64,000 bases of DNA from Dongia deserti (GTDB taxonomy: Bacteria; Pseudomonadota; Alphaproteobacteria; Dongiales; Dongiaceae), in contig NZ_QORW01000006.1 of assembly GCF_003574735.1 (NCBI RefSeq), forward strand, positions 42,887-106,886. Reading direction: 5' to 3'. Under the pieces are notes generated by a model. That model made no database searches. It was given only the letters and a program-made list of their open reading frames with translations, and was not told the DNA's origin. The position numbers were made by a program, and so were the translations under genes. Below, in pieces: positions 1 to 10,358 of this stretch. Positions within the stretch are counted from its first letter, which is position 1; each line of letters opens with the position of its first letter.

Positions 1-1
1 T

Positions 2-1522
2 AGCGACAGGTTTGCGCGCGGCCTGATCGATCTCGGCGTGAAACCCGGCGATCGCGTAGGGCTGTTCCTGCCCAATTGTCCCTACTTCGTGACCAGCTAT
101 TACGGAATCCTCAAGGCCGGTGGCGTGGTCGTGAACTTCAGCCCGCTGTACGCCGACCGGGAGATCGAGCATCAGATCATCGATTCCGGTGTCACCATCA
201 TGGTGACGATGGGGCTGGAGGGCCTGGTCGGCAAGCTGCGCCCGCAATTCGAGCGCACACCGCTCAGGCGCATCATCGTCTGCTCGCTACCCAAGGCGCT
301 GCCCTTTGCCAAGCGCCTGCTCGCGCCGTTTGCCATGGCCAAGCAGCTGGCCAAGACCGATGACGACGTCCATTTCATTCCGTTCGAGGAGCTGACCGAC
401 AATGACGGCCATGTGACGCCGCCTGCCATCGATCCCGTTACGACCTTGGCGTTGCTGCAATATACCGGCGGCACTACCGGTGTTGCGAAGGGTGCTGCCC
501 TGACGCACGCCAATGTCGATATCAATGCGCAGCAGGTGAGCCTGTGGTTCAGCAACTATCCCACGGCTGCCGTGCGCTCGCTCGCGATCCTGCCCTTGTT
601 CCATGCCTTCGCCATGACCTGCGTCATGAACTGGTCCTTGTCGGTGGGGGCGGAGATGGTGCTGGTGCCGCGGTTCCAGCCCGAGGCGCTGCTGAAGCTG
701 ATCGACAGGAAGAAGCCGACCGCCTTCTGCGCGGTGCCGACTCTCTTCACCGCGCTCCTGAGCACGCCGGGCATCGACAGTTACGATTTGAGTTCGATCC
801 AGATGATCATTTCCGGCGGCGCGCCACTGCCGATGGAAGTGCGCCAGGATTTCGAACGACGCACCGGCGCCCATATCGTCGAGGGATATGGCTTGTCGGA
901 ATGCTCGCCTGTCACCTGCGTCAATCCACCTTCGGCGTCCAAAGCGGGGTCCATCGGCTTGCCGGTGCCGGCGACGATCTGCGAGATCGTGTCGCTCGAG
1001 GACCGCAAGACTGTCCTTCCGCCGGGTGAGATCGGTGAGCTGACCTTCAAGGGACCGCAGGTGATGTTGGGCTATTGGAACCGGCCTGACGCGACGGCGG
1101 AGACCATCATCGACGGGCGGCTCCATACCGGTGATGTCGGGCGAATCGATGAGGATGGTTACGTCTTCATCACCGATCGGCTGAAGGAGATGATCATTGC
1201 CTCCGGCTTCAAGGTCTATCCGCGCAACGTGGAGGAGGCGATCTATGCGCATCCCTCCGTGAAGGAGTGCGCGGTGATCGGAGTCGGCGATTCCTATCGC
1301 GGACAGACGGTCAAGGCGGTGGTCGCCTTGAAGACGGGCGAGACGCTCACCACTGAAGAACTAGGCCACTTCCTGAAGGACAAGCTCTCGCCGATCGAAA
1401 TGCCGAAGATCGTCGAATTCCGCGCCGAACTGCCCAAGACCGCGGTGGGCAAAATCCAGAAGAAAGTGCTGATTGAAGAAGAACGGGCCAAGGAGGCCCT
1501 GCAGACGGAGACAAATCCATGA
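2..1522 (+). CDS. long-chain fatty-acid--CoA ligase (AMP-binding enzyme), 5' end cut by window edge
   Basis: ORF track gives 38..1522 starting at GTG, but the frame is open back to base 2 (SDRFARGLIDLGVKPGDRV...). It has the AMP-binding signature LQYTGGTTGVAKGAALTH and a C-terminal GKIQKK-type motif typical of acyl-CoA synthetases. Confidence 0.85.
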   Translation, partial: SDRFARGLIDLGVKPGDRVGLFLPNCPYFVTSYYGILKAGGVVVNFSPLYADREIEHQIIDSGVTIMVTMGLEGLVGKLRPQFERTPLRRIIVCSLPKALPFAKRLLAPFAMAKQLAKTDDDVHFIPFEELTDNDGHVTPPAIDPVTTLALLQYTGGTTGVAKGAALTHANVDINAQQVSLWFSNYPTAAVRSLAILPLFHAFAMTCVMNWSLSVGAEMVLVPRFQPEALLKLIDRKKPTAFCAVPTLFTALLSTPGIDSYDLSSIQMIISGGAPLPMEVRQDFERRTGAHIVEGYGLSECSPVTCVNPPSASKAGSIGLPVPATICEIVSLEDRKTVLPPGEIGELTFKGPQVMLGYWNRPDATAETIIDGRLHTGDVGRIDEDGYVFITDRLKEMIIASGFKVYPRNVEEAIYAHPSVKECAVIGVGDSYRGQTVKAVVALKTGETLTTEELGHFLKDKLSPIEMPKIVEFRAELPKTAVGKIQKKVLIEEERAKEALQTETNP

Positions 1523-2655
1523 GCAAGGCGGTGATCGCCGGCTACGTTCGCTCCCCCTTCCATTTCGCGGGCAAGGGCGCGCTCACGAAGGTGCGACCCG
1601 ATGATCTCGCGGCGACGGTGATAAAGGGCCTCATCGAGAAGACTGGGGTGAAGCCGGACGATGTCGAGGACCTGATCCTGGGCTGCGCCTTTCCTGAAGC
1701 GGAACAGGGGCTCAACGTCGCGCGCCTCATCAGCATGATCGCGGGCCTGCCGCAGACGGTCGCGGGCGCCACCCTCAACCGTTTCTGCGGGTCGTCGATG
1801 CAGGCGATTCACATGGCGGCGGGCGCGATCGCGATGGGTTCGGGCCAAGCCTTCATCTGCGCGGGCATCGAATCCATGAGCCGCGTGCCGATCATGGGTT
1901 TCAATCCCATGCCAAACCCCGCGCTCGCGGAGAAGGTCAAGGGCGGCTATATGTCGATGGGCGAGACTGCGGAGAATGTCGCGAAAAAGTACCAGATCGC
2001 GCGCAAGGAGCAGGAGGAGTTCGCGGTCCGATCCCATCGGCTGGCGACGGCCGCGCGCCAGGCTGGCAAGCTTACCGACGAGATCATCGCCATCCATGCC
2101 GGCAAGGAGAAGGTGGTGAGCGACGGCTGCATCCGCGAGGAGACCTCGCTGGAAGCGCTGGCCGGACTGAAGCCTGCCTTTGATGAGAAAGGCAGCGTCA
2201 CGGCTGGCACCTCGTCGCCGCTGACCGACGGCGCTTCGGCCTGCCTCGTGACGTCGGAGGACTACGCCAAGGCAAACGGTCTCAAGGTGCTGGCGCGCAT
2301 CAAGTCCAGCGCGGTCGTCGGCTGCACGCCGGAGATCATGGGGATCGGCCCGGTCGCCGCGACCGAGCGGGCGCTGAAGCGCGCCGGCCTCACCATCAAG
2401 GACATCGACATCGTCGAACTGAACGAGGCCTTCTCCTCGCAGGCCATCGCCTGCATGCGCGACCTCAAGATCGACCTCGACAAGACCAACATCGACGGTG
2501 GGGCCATTGCGCTTGGTCATCCGCTCGGCGCGACCGGCGCCCGCATTACTGGCAAGGCGGCGGCCCTCCTGAAGCGCGAGAGCAAGCAGTTCGCGCTCGC
2601 CACCCAATGCATCGGCGGCGGGCAGGGGATCGCCACCATCCTGGAGGCGGCATGA
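1519..2655 (+). CDS. acetyl-CoA C-acyltransferase (3-ketoacyl-CoA thiolase)
   Basis: Thiolase motifs NRFCGSSMQAIHMAAGAI and a C-terminal GGGQG. Its start overlaps the stop of the ligase gene. Confidence 0.9.
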   Translation: MSKAVIAGYVRSPFHFAGKGALTKVRPDDLAATVIKGLIEKTGVKPDDVEDLILGCAFPEAEQGLNVARLISMIAGLPQTVAGATLNRFCGSSMQAIHMAAGAIAMGSGQAFICAGIESMSRVPIMGFNPMPNPALAEKVKGGYMSMGETAENVAKKYQIARKEQEEFAVRSHRLATAARQAGKLTDEIIAIHAGKEKVVSDGCIREETSLEALAGLKPAFDEKGSVTAGTSSPLTDGASACLVTSEDYAKANGLKVLARIKSSAVVGCTPEIMGIGPVAATERALKRAGLTIKDIDIVELNEAFSSQAIACMRDLKIDLDKTNIDGGAIALGHPLGATGARITGKAAALLKRESKQFALATQCIGGGQGIATILEAA

Positions 2656-4979
2656 CAATCAAAAAAGCCTGCGTTGTCGGCGCCGGCGTGATGGGCAGTG
2701 GCATCGCCGCCCAGATCGCCAATGCCGGCGTGCCGGTCCTGCTGCTCGATATCGTGCCGAAGGATGCGGCGGATAGCAGCGTCATTGCCAAGGCCTCGAT
2801 CGACAAGCTGCTGAAGGCCGACCCGGCGCCTTTGATGTCGAAGTCGGCCGCGAAATTGATTGCGCCCGGCAATATCGAAGACGATCTGGAGCAACTCGCC
2901 GACATCGACTGGATCGTCGAGGCGATCATCGAGCGCGTGGACCTAAAGCAGGATCTCTATCGCAAGCTCGAGGGGAAGCGGAAGAAAGGCTCGATCGTCT
3001 CATCCAACACGTCCACGATTCCACTGGCACAGCTGATCGTGGGCCTGCCGGATAGCTTCGCGCAGGACTTTTGCATCACGCACTTCTTCAATCCGCCGCG
3101 TTACATGCGCTTGCTGGAAGTGGTGGGTGGGTCGAAGACGCGGCCCGAGGCCATCCAGCAGATCACCGAGTTCGGCGACATCATGCTGGGCAAGACCATC
3201 GTCCATGCCAAGGACACCCCCGGCTTCGTCGCCAACCGGATCGGCGTCTATTGGATGCAGGCGGCGGTCACGGCGGCCCTCGATCTCGGCCTCACGGTCG
3301 AAGAGGCCGATGCGATCATGGGCCGCCCGATCGGCGCGCCCAAGACCGGCATCTTCGGGCTGCTCGATCTGGTCGGCCTCGACCTGATGCCGCACGTGGA
3401 CCTGAGCATGGCGGCCTCGCTGAAGGCCGATGATCCATACGTCAAGCTTCGGCGCGATTGGCCGCTGCTGACGAAGATGATCGCCGAAGGCTACACCGGC
3501 CGGAAGGGCAAGGGTGGCTTCTATCGCCTCAACACGGATGGCGGCGGGCGCGTCAAGGAATCGATCGACCTGAAAACAGGCGCCTACGCGACCTCGCGCG
3601 AGGCGCGGCTCGACTCCGCTGATGCGGCAAAAGGCGGGCTAAAGGTCCTGGTCTCGCACCAAGACAGGGGTGGGCAATATGCCTGGTCCGTGCTGTCACG
3701 CCTGCTGACCTATGCGGCGTCGCTGGTGCCGGAGATCGCGGATAACATCGTCGAAGTCGACCAGGCGATGAAGACCGGCTTCAATTTCAAGCGCGGCCCG
3801 TTCGAGATGATCGACCAGATGGGCGCGGCCTGGTTTGTCGAACGTCTGCGTAGTGAGAAGATCGACGTACCGGCATTTCTGGACAGCGCGGCCAAGGCGG
3901 GTGGCTTCTACAAGGTCGAGGGTGGAAAGCTGAATTATCTCGGCACCGATGGCGCCTATCATCCAGTCGAGCGCGCGGACGGTGTGCTCTTATTGTCCGA
4001 TATCAAGCTGATCTCCAAGCCGATCCTCAAGAATATCTCGGCGTCGCTATGGGATATCGGCGATGGCGTCGCCTGCCTCGAGTTCCACAGCAAGATGAAC
4101 GCGCTCGATTCGGACTCCCTTGGCCTGATGAAGCAGGCGCTGGATCACGTCGGCAAGAAGATGAAGGCGCTGGTGATCCATAACGAGGCGGAGAATTTCT
4201 CCGTCGGGGCCAATGTCGGGCTCGCGCTGTTCGCCGCGAATGTCGGGCTGTGGCCGATGATCGATGATCTGATCGGCCAGGGCCAGGCGGTGATGAAGGC
4301 AATGAAATACGCGCCGTTCCCGGTCGTGGCCGCGCCCAGCGGCATGGCGCTCGGCGGCGGCTGCGAGACAGTGCTGCATGCCAGCGCGGTGCAAGCCCAT
4401 GCGGAAACCTATATCGGCCTAGTTGAGGTCGGCGTCGGTGTCATCCCGGGCTGGGGTGGCTGCAAGGAGATGCTGATCCGCGCTCAGCCAGGTCCAAAGG
4501 ATCCAAAAGGTCCGATGCCGCCAGTTGCTGTTGCGTTCGAGACCATCTCGCTCGCCAAGGTGGCCAAGTCCGCGGCGGAAGCGAAGGAGCTGAAGTTCCT
4601 GCGCACCAGTGATGGCATCACCATGAATCGCGATCGCCTGCTTGCGGATGCGAAGGCGCGTGCATTGAAGATGCTGGCCGACGGGTATCAACCGCCCAAG
4701 CCGGCGGAGCTGCGCTTGCCCGGACCGACCGGCAAGACTGGCTTGAACCTGGTCGTGCACGGCTTCGCCTTGCAGGGGAAGGCACTAGCGCACGATGTGA
4801 CGGTGTCTGACGCGCTCGCGGAAGTCTTGAGCGGCGGCAAGGCCGATCACACGGAGATCATGACCGAGGACCAGGTGATGAAGCTCGAGCGCGCCGCCTT
4901 CATGAAGTTGGTGAAGACCGAGCCCACTTTGGCGCGCATGGAACACATGCTGACGACTGGAAAGCCGCTGAGGAACTAG
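2652..4979 (+). CDS. fused 3-hydroxyacyl-CoA dehydrogenase (N-terminal) / enoyl-CoA hydratase (C-terminal)
   Basis: The track ORF starts at 2607, but ATG 2652 overlaps the thiolase stop (ATGA) and begins MTIKKACVVGAGVMGSGIAAQIA, an NAD-binding 3HCDH_N fold. The C-terminal third looks like a crotonase (VIHNEAENFSVGANVG). Confidence 0.85.
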   Translation: MTIKKACVVGAGVMGSGIAAQIANAGVPVLLLDIVPKDAADSSVIAKASIDKLLKADPAPLMSKSAAKLIAPGNIEDDLEQLADIDWIVEAIIERVDLKQDLYRKLEGKRKKGSIVSSNTSTIPLAQLIVGLPDSFAQDFCITHFFNPPRYMRLLEVVGGSKTRPEAIQQITEFGDIMLGKTIVHAKDTPGFVANRIGVYWMQAAVTAALDLGLTVEEADAIMGRPIGAPKTGIFGLLDLVGLDLMPHVDLSMAASLKADDPYVKLRRDWPLLTKMIAEGYTGRKGKGGFYRLNTDGGGRVKESIDLKTGAYATSREARLDSADAAKGGLKVLVSHQDRGGQYAWSVLSRLLTYAASLVPEIADNIVEVDQAMKTGFNFKRGPFEMIDQMGAAWFVERLRSEKIDVPAFLDSAAKAGGFYKVEGGKLNYLGTDGAYHPVERADGVLLLSDIKLISKPILKNISASLWDIGDGVACLEFHSKMNALDSDSLGLMKQALDHVGKKMKALVIHNEAENFSVGANVGLALFAANVGLWPMIDDLIGQGQAVMKAMKYAPFPVVAAPSGMALGGGCETVLHASAVQAHAETYIGLVEVGVGVIPGWGGCKEMLIRAQPGPKDPKGPMPPVAVAFETISLAKVAKSAAEAKELKFLRTSDGITMNRDRLLADAKARALKMLADGYQPPKPAELRLPGPTGKTGLNLVVHGFALQGKALAHDVTVSDALAEVLSGGKADHTEIMTEDQVMKLERAAFMKLVKTEPTLARMEHMLTTGKPLRN

Positions 4980-4988
4980 GGACCAAGC

Positions 4989-6773
4989 ATGCCGACCTAC
5001 ACCGCACCTCTGGACGATATGCGCTTTGTCCTGTTCGAACTGCTCGGCGCCGACAAGCTGGCGGAGCTGCCGGGTTTCGGCGACGCGACGCAGGACGTTG
5101 TCGAGGCGGTGCTGGAAGAGGCGGGCAAGTTCGCCGCCAACGAGCTGCAGCCGATCAATCACTCGGGCGACGAAGAGGGGTGCCACTACGAGAACGGCAC
5201 GGTGACGACGCCCAAGGGCTTCAAGGAAGCCTACGCGAAATTCATCGAAGGCGGCTGGACCGGCCTGCCGTGCGATCCGGAATTTGGCGGGCAAGGCTTA
5301 CCCAAGGTCGTCAATTTCGCGGTCGAAGAGATGATCTGCTCGGCCAATCTTTCCTTCGGCATGTATCCCGGTCTTTCCAACGGCGCCTATAACGCGCTCG
5401 CATTGCACGGCACGTCGGAGCAAAAGGCGACGTATTTGCCGAAGCTAGTGGCCGGCACCTGGTCGGGCACCATGTGCCTGACGGAACCGCATTGCGGCAC
5501 CGATCTCGGCCTCATCAAGACCAGGGCAGAGCCGGATGCGGATGGCAGCTACAAGATCACCGGCACCAAGATCTTCATCTCCGCCGGAGAGCATGACCTG
5601 ACCGACAACATCGTGCATCTCGTCCTTGCGCGGCTGCCTGATGCGCCCGCCGGCATCCGCGGCATCTCGCTGTTCGTGTGCCCCAAATTCATTCCGAACA
5701 CGTCCGGCGAGGCAGGGCCGCGCAATGCGGTGCGCTGCGGCTCGATCGAGCACAAGATGGGCATCAAGGCGTCGGCCACCTGCGTCATGAACTTCGATGG
5801 CGCAACCGCCTGGCTGGTGGGACAGCCCAACAAGGGCATGTCGGCGATGTTCACCATGATGAACGCGGCGCGGCTTGCCGTCGGCATGCAGGGCCTCGGC
5901 ATTGCCGAAGCCGCCTATCAGGGCGCGGTCATGTACGCCAAGGACCGGCTGCAGATGCGCGCGCTGAGCGGCGCCAAGTTCCCCGACAAGCCGGCCGATC
6001 CGATCATCGTCCATCCGGACGTGCGGCGCATGCTGCTCACCATGCGCGCGCTGACAGAAGGATGCCGTGCCGTCAGCTACTGGGTCGGCATGGAGCTCGA
6101 CATCTCGCGGCACCATCCGGACGAAAAGCGCCGGCAGGAAGCGGATGACCTGGTTGCCCTCCTGACACCGGTCGTGAAGGCCTTCCTCACCGATCATGGT
6201 TTCCATGCCGCCAATCTCGGCGTGCAGGTGTTCGGCGGCCACGGCTACATCCGCGAATGGGGCATGGAGCAGCTCGTCCGCGATGCGCGCATCACCCAGA
6301 TCTACGAAGGTACGAACGGCATCCAAGGGCTGGACCTGGTGGGACGCAAATTGTCGCTCGGCATGGGGCGCTTGCTGCGCCGCTTCTTCCATCCCGTCGG
6401 CGCCTACTTGGAAGCTGCGGCAGAGAAGCCGGAGATGGTGGAGTTTGCCCTACCCAGCATGAAGGCCTTCGCCAAATTGCAGCAGGCGACCGCTTGGCTG
6501 GCGCAAGCCGGCCTCAAGAATCCGGAGGAGGCGGGTGCTGCCGCGACGGACTATCTGCGCCTATTTGCGCTGGTTGCGCTTGCTTACATGTGGTGCCGCA
6601 TGGCCGAGATCGCGCTGCGGAAGCAGGCGGGCGAAAAGGCGCCGTTCTACGAGGCGAAGCTGGTCTGTGCGCGCTTCTTCATGACGCGCCTGCTGCCGGA
6701 GACGAACACGCTCTTCGCGACATTAACGTCAGGAAGCCAGACCTTAATGGCCTTGCCCGCCGAGGCGTTCTAG
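4989..6773 (+). CDS. acyl-CoA dehydrogenase (long form, about 594 aa)
   Basis: ACAD-like sequence (GTKIFISAGEHD, YEGTNGIQ) placed immediately after the other beta-oxidation genes. Confidence 0.85.
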   Translation: MPTYTAPLDDMRFVLFELLGADKLAELPGFGDATQDVVEAVLEEAGKFAANELQPINHSGDEEGCHYENGTVTTPKGFKEAYAKFIEGGWTGLPCDPEFGGQGLPKVVNFAVEEMICSANLSFGMYPGLSNGAYNALALHGTSEQKATYLPKLVAGTWSGTMCLTEPHCGTDLGLIKTRAEPDADGSYKITGTKIFISAGEHDLTDNIVHLVLARLPDAPAGIRGISLFVCPKFIPNTSGEAGPRNAVRCGSIEHKMGIKASATCVMNFDGATAWLVGQPNKGMSAMFTMMNAARLAVGMQGLGIAEAAYQGAVMYAKDRLQMRALSGAKFPDKPADPIIVHPDVRRMLLTMRALTEGCRAVSYWVGMELDISRHHPDEKRRQEADDLVALLTPVVKAFLTDHGFHAANLGVQVFGGHGYIREWGMEQLVRDARITQIYEGTNGIQGLDLVGRKLSLGMGRLLRRFFHPVGAYLEAAAEKPEMVEFALPSMKAFAKLQQATAWLAQAGLKNPEEAGAAATDYLRLFALVALAYMWCRMAEIALRKQAGEKAPFYEAKLVCARFFMTRLLPETNTLFATLTSGSQTLMALPAEAF

Positions 6774-6796
6774 CCGTGGAAACCATTAACTTTTCC

Positions 6797-6820
6797 ATTC
6801 GTTATTAACAGATAACGAAT
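6797..6820. promoter_or_regulatory. perfect AT-rich palindrome ATTCGTTAT-N6-ATAACGAAT, candidate operator or protein-binding site
   Basis: A 9-bp perfect inverted repeat with a 6-bp spacer lies 24 bp after the acyl-CoA dehydrogenase stop, in otherwise 65% GC DNA. Confidence 0.35.
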
Positions 6821-7314
6821 TATCACGGCTTTGTCGCACCGACTGTGCGCCCCGTCACAAACATTTTGCCCCGCATTCCCTACATCTCTAGGGCAGCGAA
6901 GACGTCCCCCAACGTTTTCCGCTGTGGGTTTTTCCCAAACCCTAAGTTTGCGATTGCCTTGGCGTCCGAATCCCATTCGGGGGATTCCCAAATGGGGCGT
7001 TACGACGCCGCGCCGGCGGACCATCCCCGTCCCCAAAGGTCCGCCGGCGTGCTCTTTATTGGATCAGGGGTGGGGCGGACTGGGATGAAAAATGCACAGC
7101 TCCTCGAACAAGCGCAGCCCGCGCCATGTGCCTCCGGTTCCGGCTGGCACCTTCACCGTTCTGCCGTTGTCTTTGTGGGCTCTGTTGTGGTCGCGCCGCA
7201 GCCTGAAGCGGGTGGCGACCGGCATCCCGGCCTTGCGCCTAGTCCGGGTGTTCGCAAACGACGCCTGACGCGCTCCGGCTTTCTTCGCCAGGCGTGATTG
7301 CGTAACCTGCCGCG

Positions 7315-7764
7315 ATGGATCGCGGCAAGCTTCGCATCGACAGGGCTACACGCGCCGAGGCGCCGCTGCTGGGCGAGCTCAATCTACAGCTCGATGAAGA
7401 CGAGCCGCACCCCTATCCGCTTCCCTTGTCAGCGCTGACGGAGCGCGTGACGCGCTGGATCGAAACCGGAGAATACGAGGTGCTGTTGTTCCGCCGGGGC
7501 GAGCGCGTCACGGGCTATGCCGTGTGGCGGCTGGAGGATCGCGGTGCGTACGTCCGGCACTTCTTCATCTGCCGCGACCAAAGGAGACAGGGCTGGGGGC
7601 GGGCGGCGATGCAACTGCTCCGCCGCGATGTGTTCCCGAAGGATCGCCCCGTGCAGATCGAGGCCGCCATCGGCAACAAGGCCGGCATCGCCTTCTGGCA
7701 CGCCATCGGCTTCCAGGATTTCGGCCTCAGCATGGAGCTGAAAGCCGGCGACGCGCCGAGCTAG
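7315..7764 (+). CDS. GNAT family N-acetyltransferase
   Basis: Acetyl-CoA binding motif (RRQGWGRAAM) in a 149-aa protein. Confidence 0.75.
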   Translation: MDRGKLRIDRATRAEAPLLGELNLQLDEDEPHPYPLPLSALTERVTRWIETGEYEVLLFRRGERVTGYAVWRLEDRGAYVRHFFICRDQRRQGWGRAAMQLLRRDVFPKDRPVQIEAAIGNKAGIAFWHAIGFQDFGLSMELKAGDAPS

Positions 7765-7775
7765 GGGCTGTTGCC

Positions 7776-8687
7776 TTATTCCACCGCCACTTCCGTCAGC
7801 GCATAGCCGTCGGGCAGCTTGGCTTCGCCGGGCACCAGCCGATCGGCGACGAGCGGGATGTCGATATTGGTCTGATCATCGAGGCGCAGGCGCAAGGTGA
7901 TGCCGGTATAGACCTCCTGGGCAACGCCGACCTGCTCGAAGAAGGCGTGGTCGATGCCCTCCGGCTCGCGCTTGGTCAGCCAGAGCAGCTTCGACGTCCA
8001 TTCCAGCGGCAGATCGCTGTCCCGGCCACCCGGTGCGCGCAGGGTCAGGCGCTGCAGCGGCTCCGCCTCGGTCGCGTAGGTGATGAGGCCGACGACGTCC
8101 CGATCTTCACTCAGTTCGTCCGCATCGCGCGCCGTGAACGCAATATGCGCGGCCACGATACGCTGGTCGTAGTTCGGGGCCTTCTTGCCCATGGTCAGCC
8201 AGTCGCCGGATTCGCCTTCGCCCGTCGCGCTGAACAGCCGCTTGCCGGTGTAGAGGCTGAACACCTCGTGACTGGGCTGCTCGACGCAGCAGCCCCACAA
8301 GGTCGCGATCACATAGGGGCCGGAGACCGCGACCTCGTCCGCCTTGGTTTCCATGGTCATGGCCTCGCCGAGGCCCCGTGGTGTCAGCGGCCGGGCCTTG
8401 ATGCGCAAGACGGAGCTTTGAATGTCGATCTCCTCCTCGTCCGCTTCGCGGCTCAGGCGCTCGATCTCCGACTCCACCAGGTACCGCTTCATCTCGCCCG
8501 TGCCGGTACGGTCGTCATAGAAGGACGTGACATCGTGCCAGCGGTTGATGGTGTGGATGAGATAGGCCTTGTCATCCATGGTGATACTGGTCTCGGTCGT
8601 CGACTTCTCATCGACAATGGGATCGGCCAAGGCGGGCAGCGCGATCAGCGCCAGAAAGGCCGCGAGCGAGGCAGCGTGTCTCATGAC
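7776..8687 (-). CDS. hypothetical secreted protein
   Basis: The ORF runs 7776..8756. An internal Met begins a signal peptide MRHAASLAAFLALIALPALA, which is the likely start. No recognised domain. Confidence 0.55.
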   Translation of the reverse strand, partial: VMRHAASLAAFLALIALPALADPIVDEKSTTETSITMDDKAYLIHTINRWHDVTSFYDDRTGTGEMKRYLVESEIERLSREADEEEIDIQSSVLRIKARPLTPRGLGEAMTMETKADEVAVSGPYVIATLWGCCVEQPSHEVFSLYTGKRLFSATGEGESGDWLTMGKKAPNYDQRIVAAHIAFTARDADELSEDRDVVGLITYATEAEPLQRLTLRAPGGRDSDLPLEWTSKLLWLTKREPEGIDHAFFEQVGVAQEVYTGITLRLRLDDQTNIDIPLVADRLVPGEAKLPDGYALTEVAVE

Positions 8688-8697
8688 AACTCCGTCG

Positions 8698-10290
8698 TTA
8701 AAGCAAATCTGATGGCGCCACCGCGCCAGACGACGGCGAGGCGAGGTCGGTCGCACCCAGTCTTACACCATCAGGCGCAGCCTGTGTCGCGCTGGGATTG
8801 GCGAATTGTGCGGGATAGGGCGCAAGGTCCGTCAGCTCGGCCCTCATGCTCTTGCCGATCTCCTTCAACACGGATGGATCGAGCCGACGATCGATCAGCG
8901 CGACCTCGCCGCCGCTGACATCGATGCGCGGACAGTGGAACGCGCCATCCAGATCCATTCCGAAATCCGCCAGGAAGGACAGGATCTGCGCAACCGCCGG
9001 CATGATCTTGCGTCCGCCGGAGGCGCCGATCGCCAGCGCACCGAGCTGCGGAGACAGCGCGACCGTCGGGCACATGTTGCTGAGCGGTCGCGCGCCAGGG
9101 CGAATCGAGTTCGGCTTTCCCGGCACCGGATCGAACCACATGATGCCGTTGTTCATCAGGATGCCGGTCGAGGGCGAGAGCACGAAGGAGCCGAAGCGCG
9201 ACAGCAAGGTTTGCGTCCAGGCGACGACATTGCCGTCCTTGTCGGCGACACAGAAATGGCTGGTGCAGCTCGGCCGCGTCTCGCTGTCGCTGGCCCCCAT
9301 AGTCTGCAGACGATCGCGATAAGCACGGTCGAGCGCTTCCGCATAGACGGCGTAATGCGCGGCGCCCGGTTTCTCGCCCTTGGCGACCGCAGGCAGGCGC
9401 TCGCTCCACTCGCCCAGCACGCGCTTAAGTGTCGGGCCGGCGGTCAGGCCGGAGGGCGCGAACACCTTGGCGCCGCGATAGGCGATCTCCACCGGATCGA
9501 TGAAGCGTGCCTGGTAGCGCTCAAGGTCGGCGTGAGTGATCTTGCTGCCTGCCGCCTGCAAGTCGCGGATCAGATCGGCGGCGATATCGCCCCGATAGAA
9601 GCGCTCCGGCCCGTCCGGCGATGCCAGTTTCTTCAGCGTATCGATCAGGCGGCCGAGCTTGAGAAATACCGGCGCACCTTCCTCGAACGGCTGGGGCACG
9701 CGTCCGCCGGGCAGATAGAGGTTGCGCGTTGCCTCGAACCGAGCGAGGCCTTTCGCCTCCACGAGCAGGGACAGGGCGCCATACCAGTCAAGGCTCAAGC
9801 CACGCTCCGCCAGCGCGATGGCCGGCTGCACCAGATCGCTCCAAGGCAGCCGCCCGTAGGTGCGATGGGCAAGCGCAAGGCCGGAGACGAGCCCCGGCAC
9901 GGCAATCGAGTGTGGGCCGAGGATATTGCGGTCCTCAAGGACGCCCGGCCAGCCAAAGAATCCCTCTGTCGTGGCGCCGCCGGTCAGGGGGTAGTCGGCC
10001 GGGTCGATGCCCTGCGGCGCGATCATGCCGTAATCGAGGCAGCGCACCTCGCGCTTGGTGGCATCCCACAGGGTCGCGAACCCGCCGCCACCCAGGCCGC
10101 TCATCCACGGCTCGACCGCGCCCAAGGCGAAGCTGACGGCAACCGCGGCATCCACCGCGTGGCCGCCCTGCGCCAGAATGCGCGCGCCGGCTGCCGCCGC
10201 GTCGCGCGACTGCGCGGCGGCCAGCCCATCGCGGCTGCGTACCGCCGGCTTGGCATAGAGCACGCTGGGTGGAACCAATAAGCCGTTCAT
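8698..10290 (-). CDS. ggt: gamma-glutamyltransferase
   Basis: GGT family sequence with N-terminal GGHAVDAAVA...SGLGGGGF and a catalytic Thr region (TSHF). Confidence 0.85.
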   Translation of the reverse strand: MNGLLVPPSVLYAKPAVRSRDGLAAAQSRDAAAAGARILAQGGHAVDAAVAVSFALGAVEPWMSGLGGGGFATLWDATKREVRCLDYGMIAPQGIDPADYPLTGGATTEGFFGWPGVLEDRNILGPHSIAVPGLVSGLALAHRTYGRLPWSDLVQPAIALAERGLSLDWYGALSLLVEAKGLARFEATRNLYLPGGRVPQPFEEGAPVFLKLGRLIDTLKKLASPDGPERFYRGDIAADLIRDLQAAGSKITHADLERYQARFIDPVEIAYRGAKVFAPSGLTAGPTLKRVLGEWSERLPAVAKGEKPGAAHYAVYAEALDRAYRDRLQTMGASDSETRPSCTSHFCVADKDGNVVAWTQTLLSRFGSFVLSPSTGILMNNGIMWFDPVPGKPNSIRPGARPLSNMCPTVALSPQLGALAIGASGGRKIMPAVAQILSFLADFGMDLDGAFHCPRIDVSGGEVALIDRRLDPSVLKEIGKSMRAELTDLAPYPAQFANPSATQAAPDGVRLGATDLASPSSGAVAPSDLL

Positions 10291-10358
10291 GATTTCCGCT
10301 GCCCCTGTCTTTGTCGCGAGTCGCGATGCTAAACTTCCGCCCTCTCGAGGGGAAGCGG

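Noticed and set aside
6845-7297. 150-aa ORF in the fadE–GNAT spacer
   Set aside because: It has no Shine-Dalgarno, the composition looks non-coding, and there are no motifs. The spacer more likely holds regulatory DNA or a small RNA.
7524-10281. Long plus-strand ORFs (464 aa at 7524..8918, 491 aa at 8806..10281) across the secreted-protein and ggt genes
   Set aside because: They are antisense to well-supported minus-strand genes. The translations are RG-rich nonsense.
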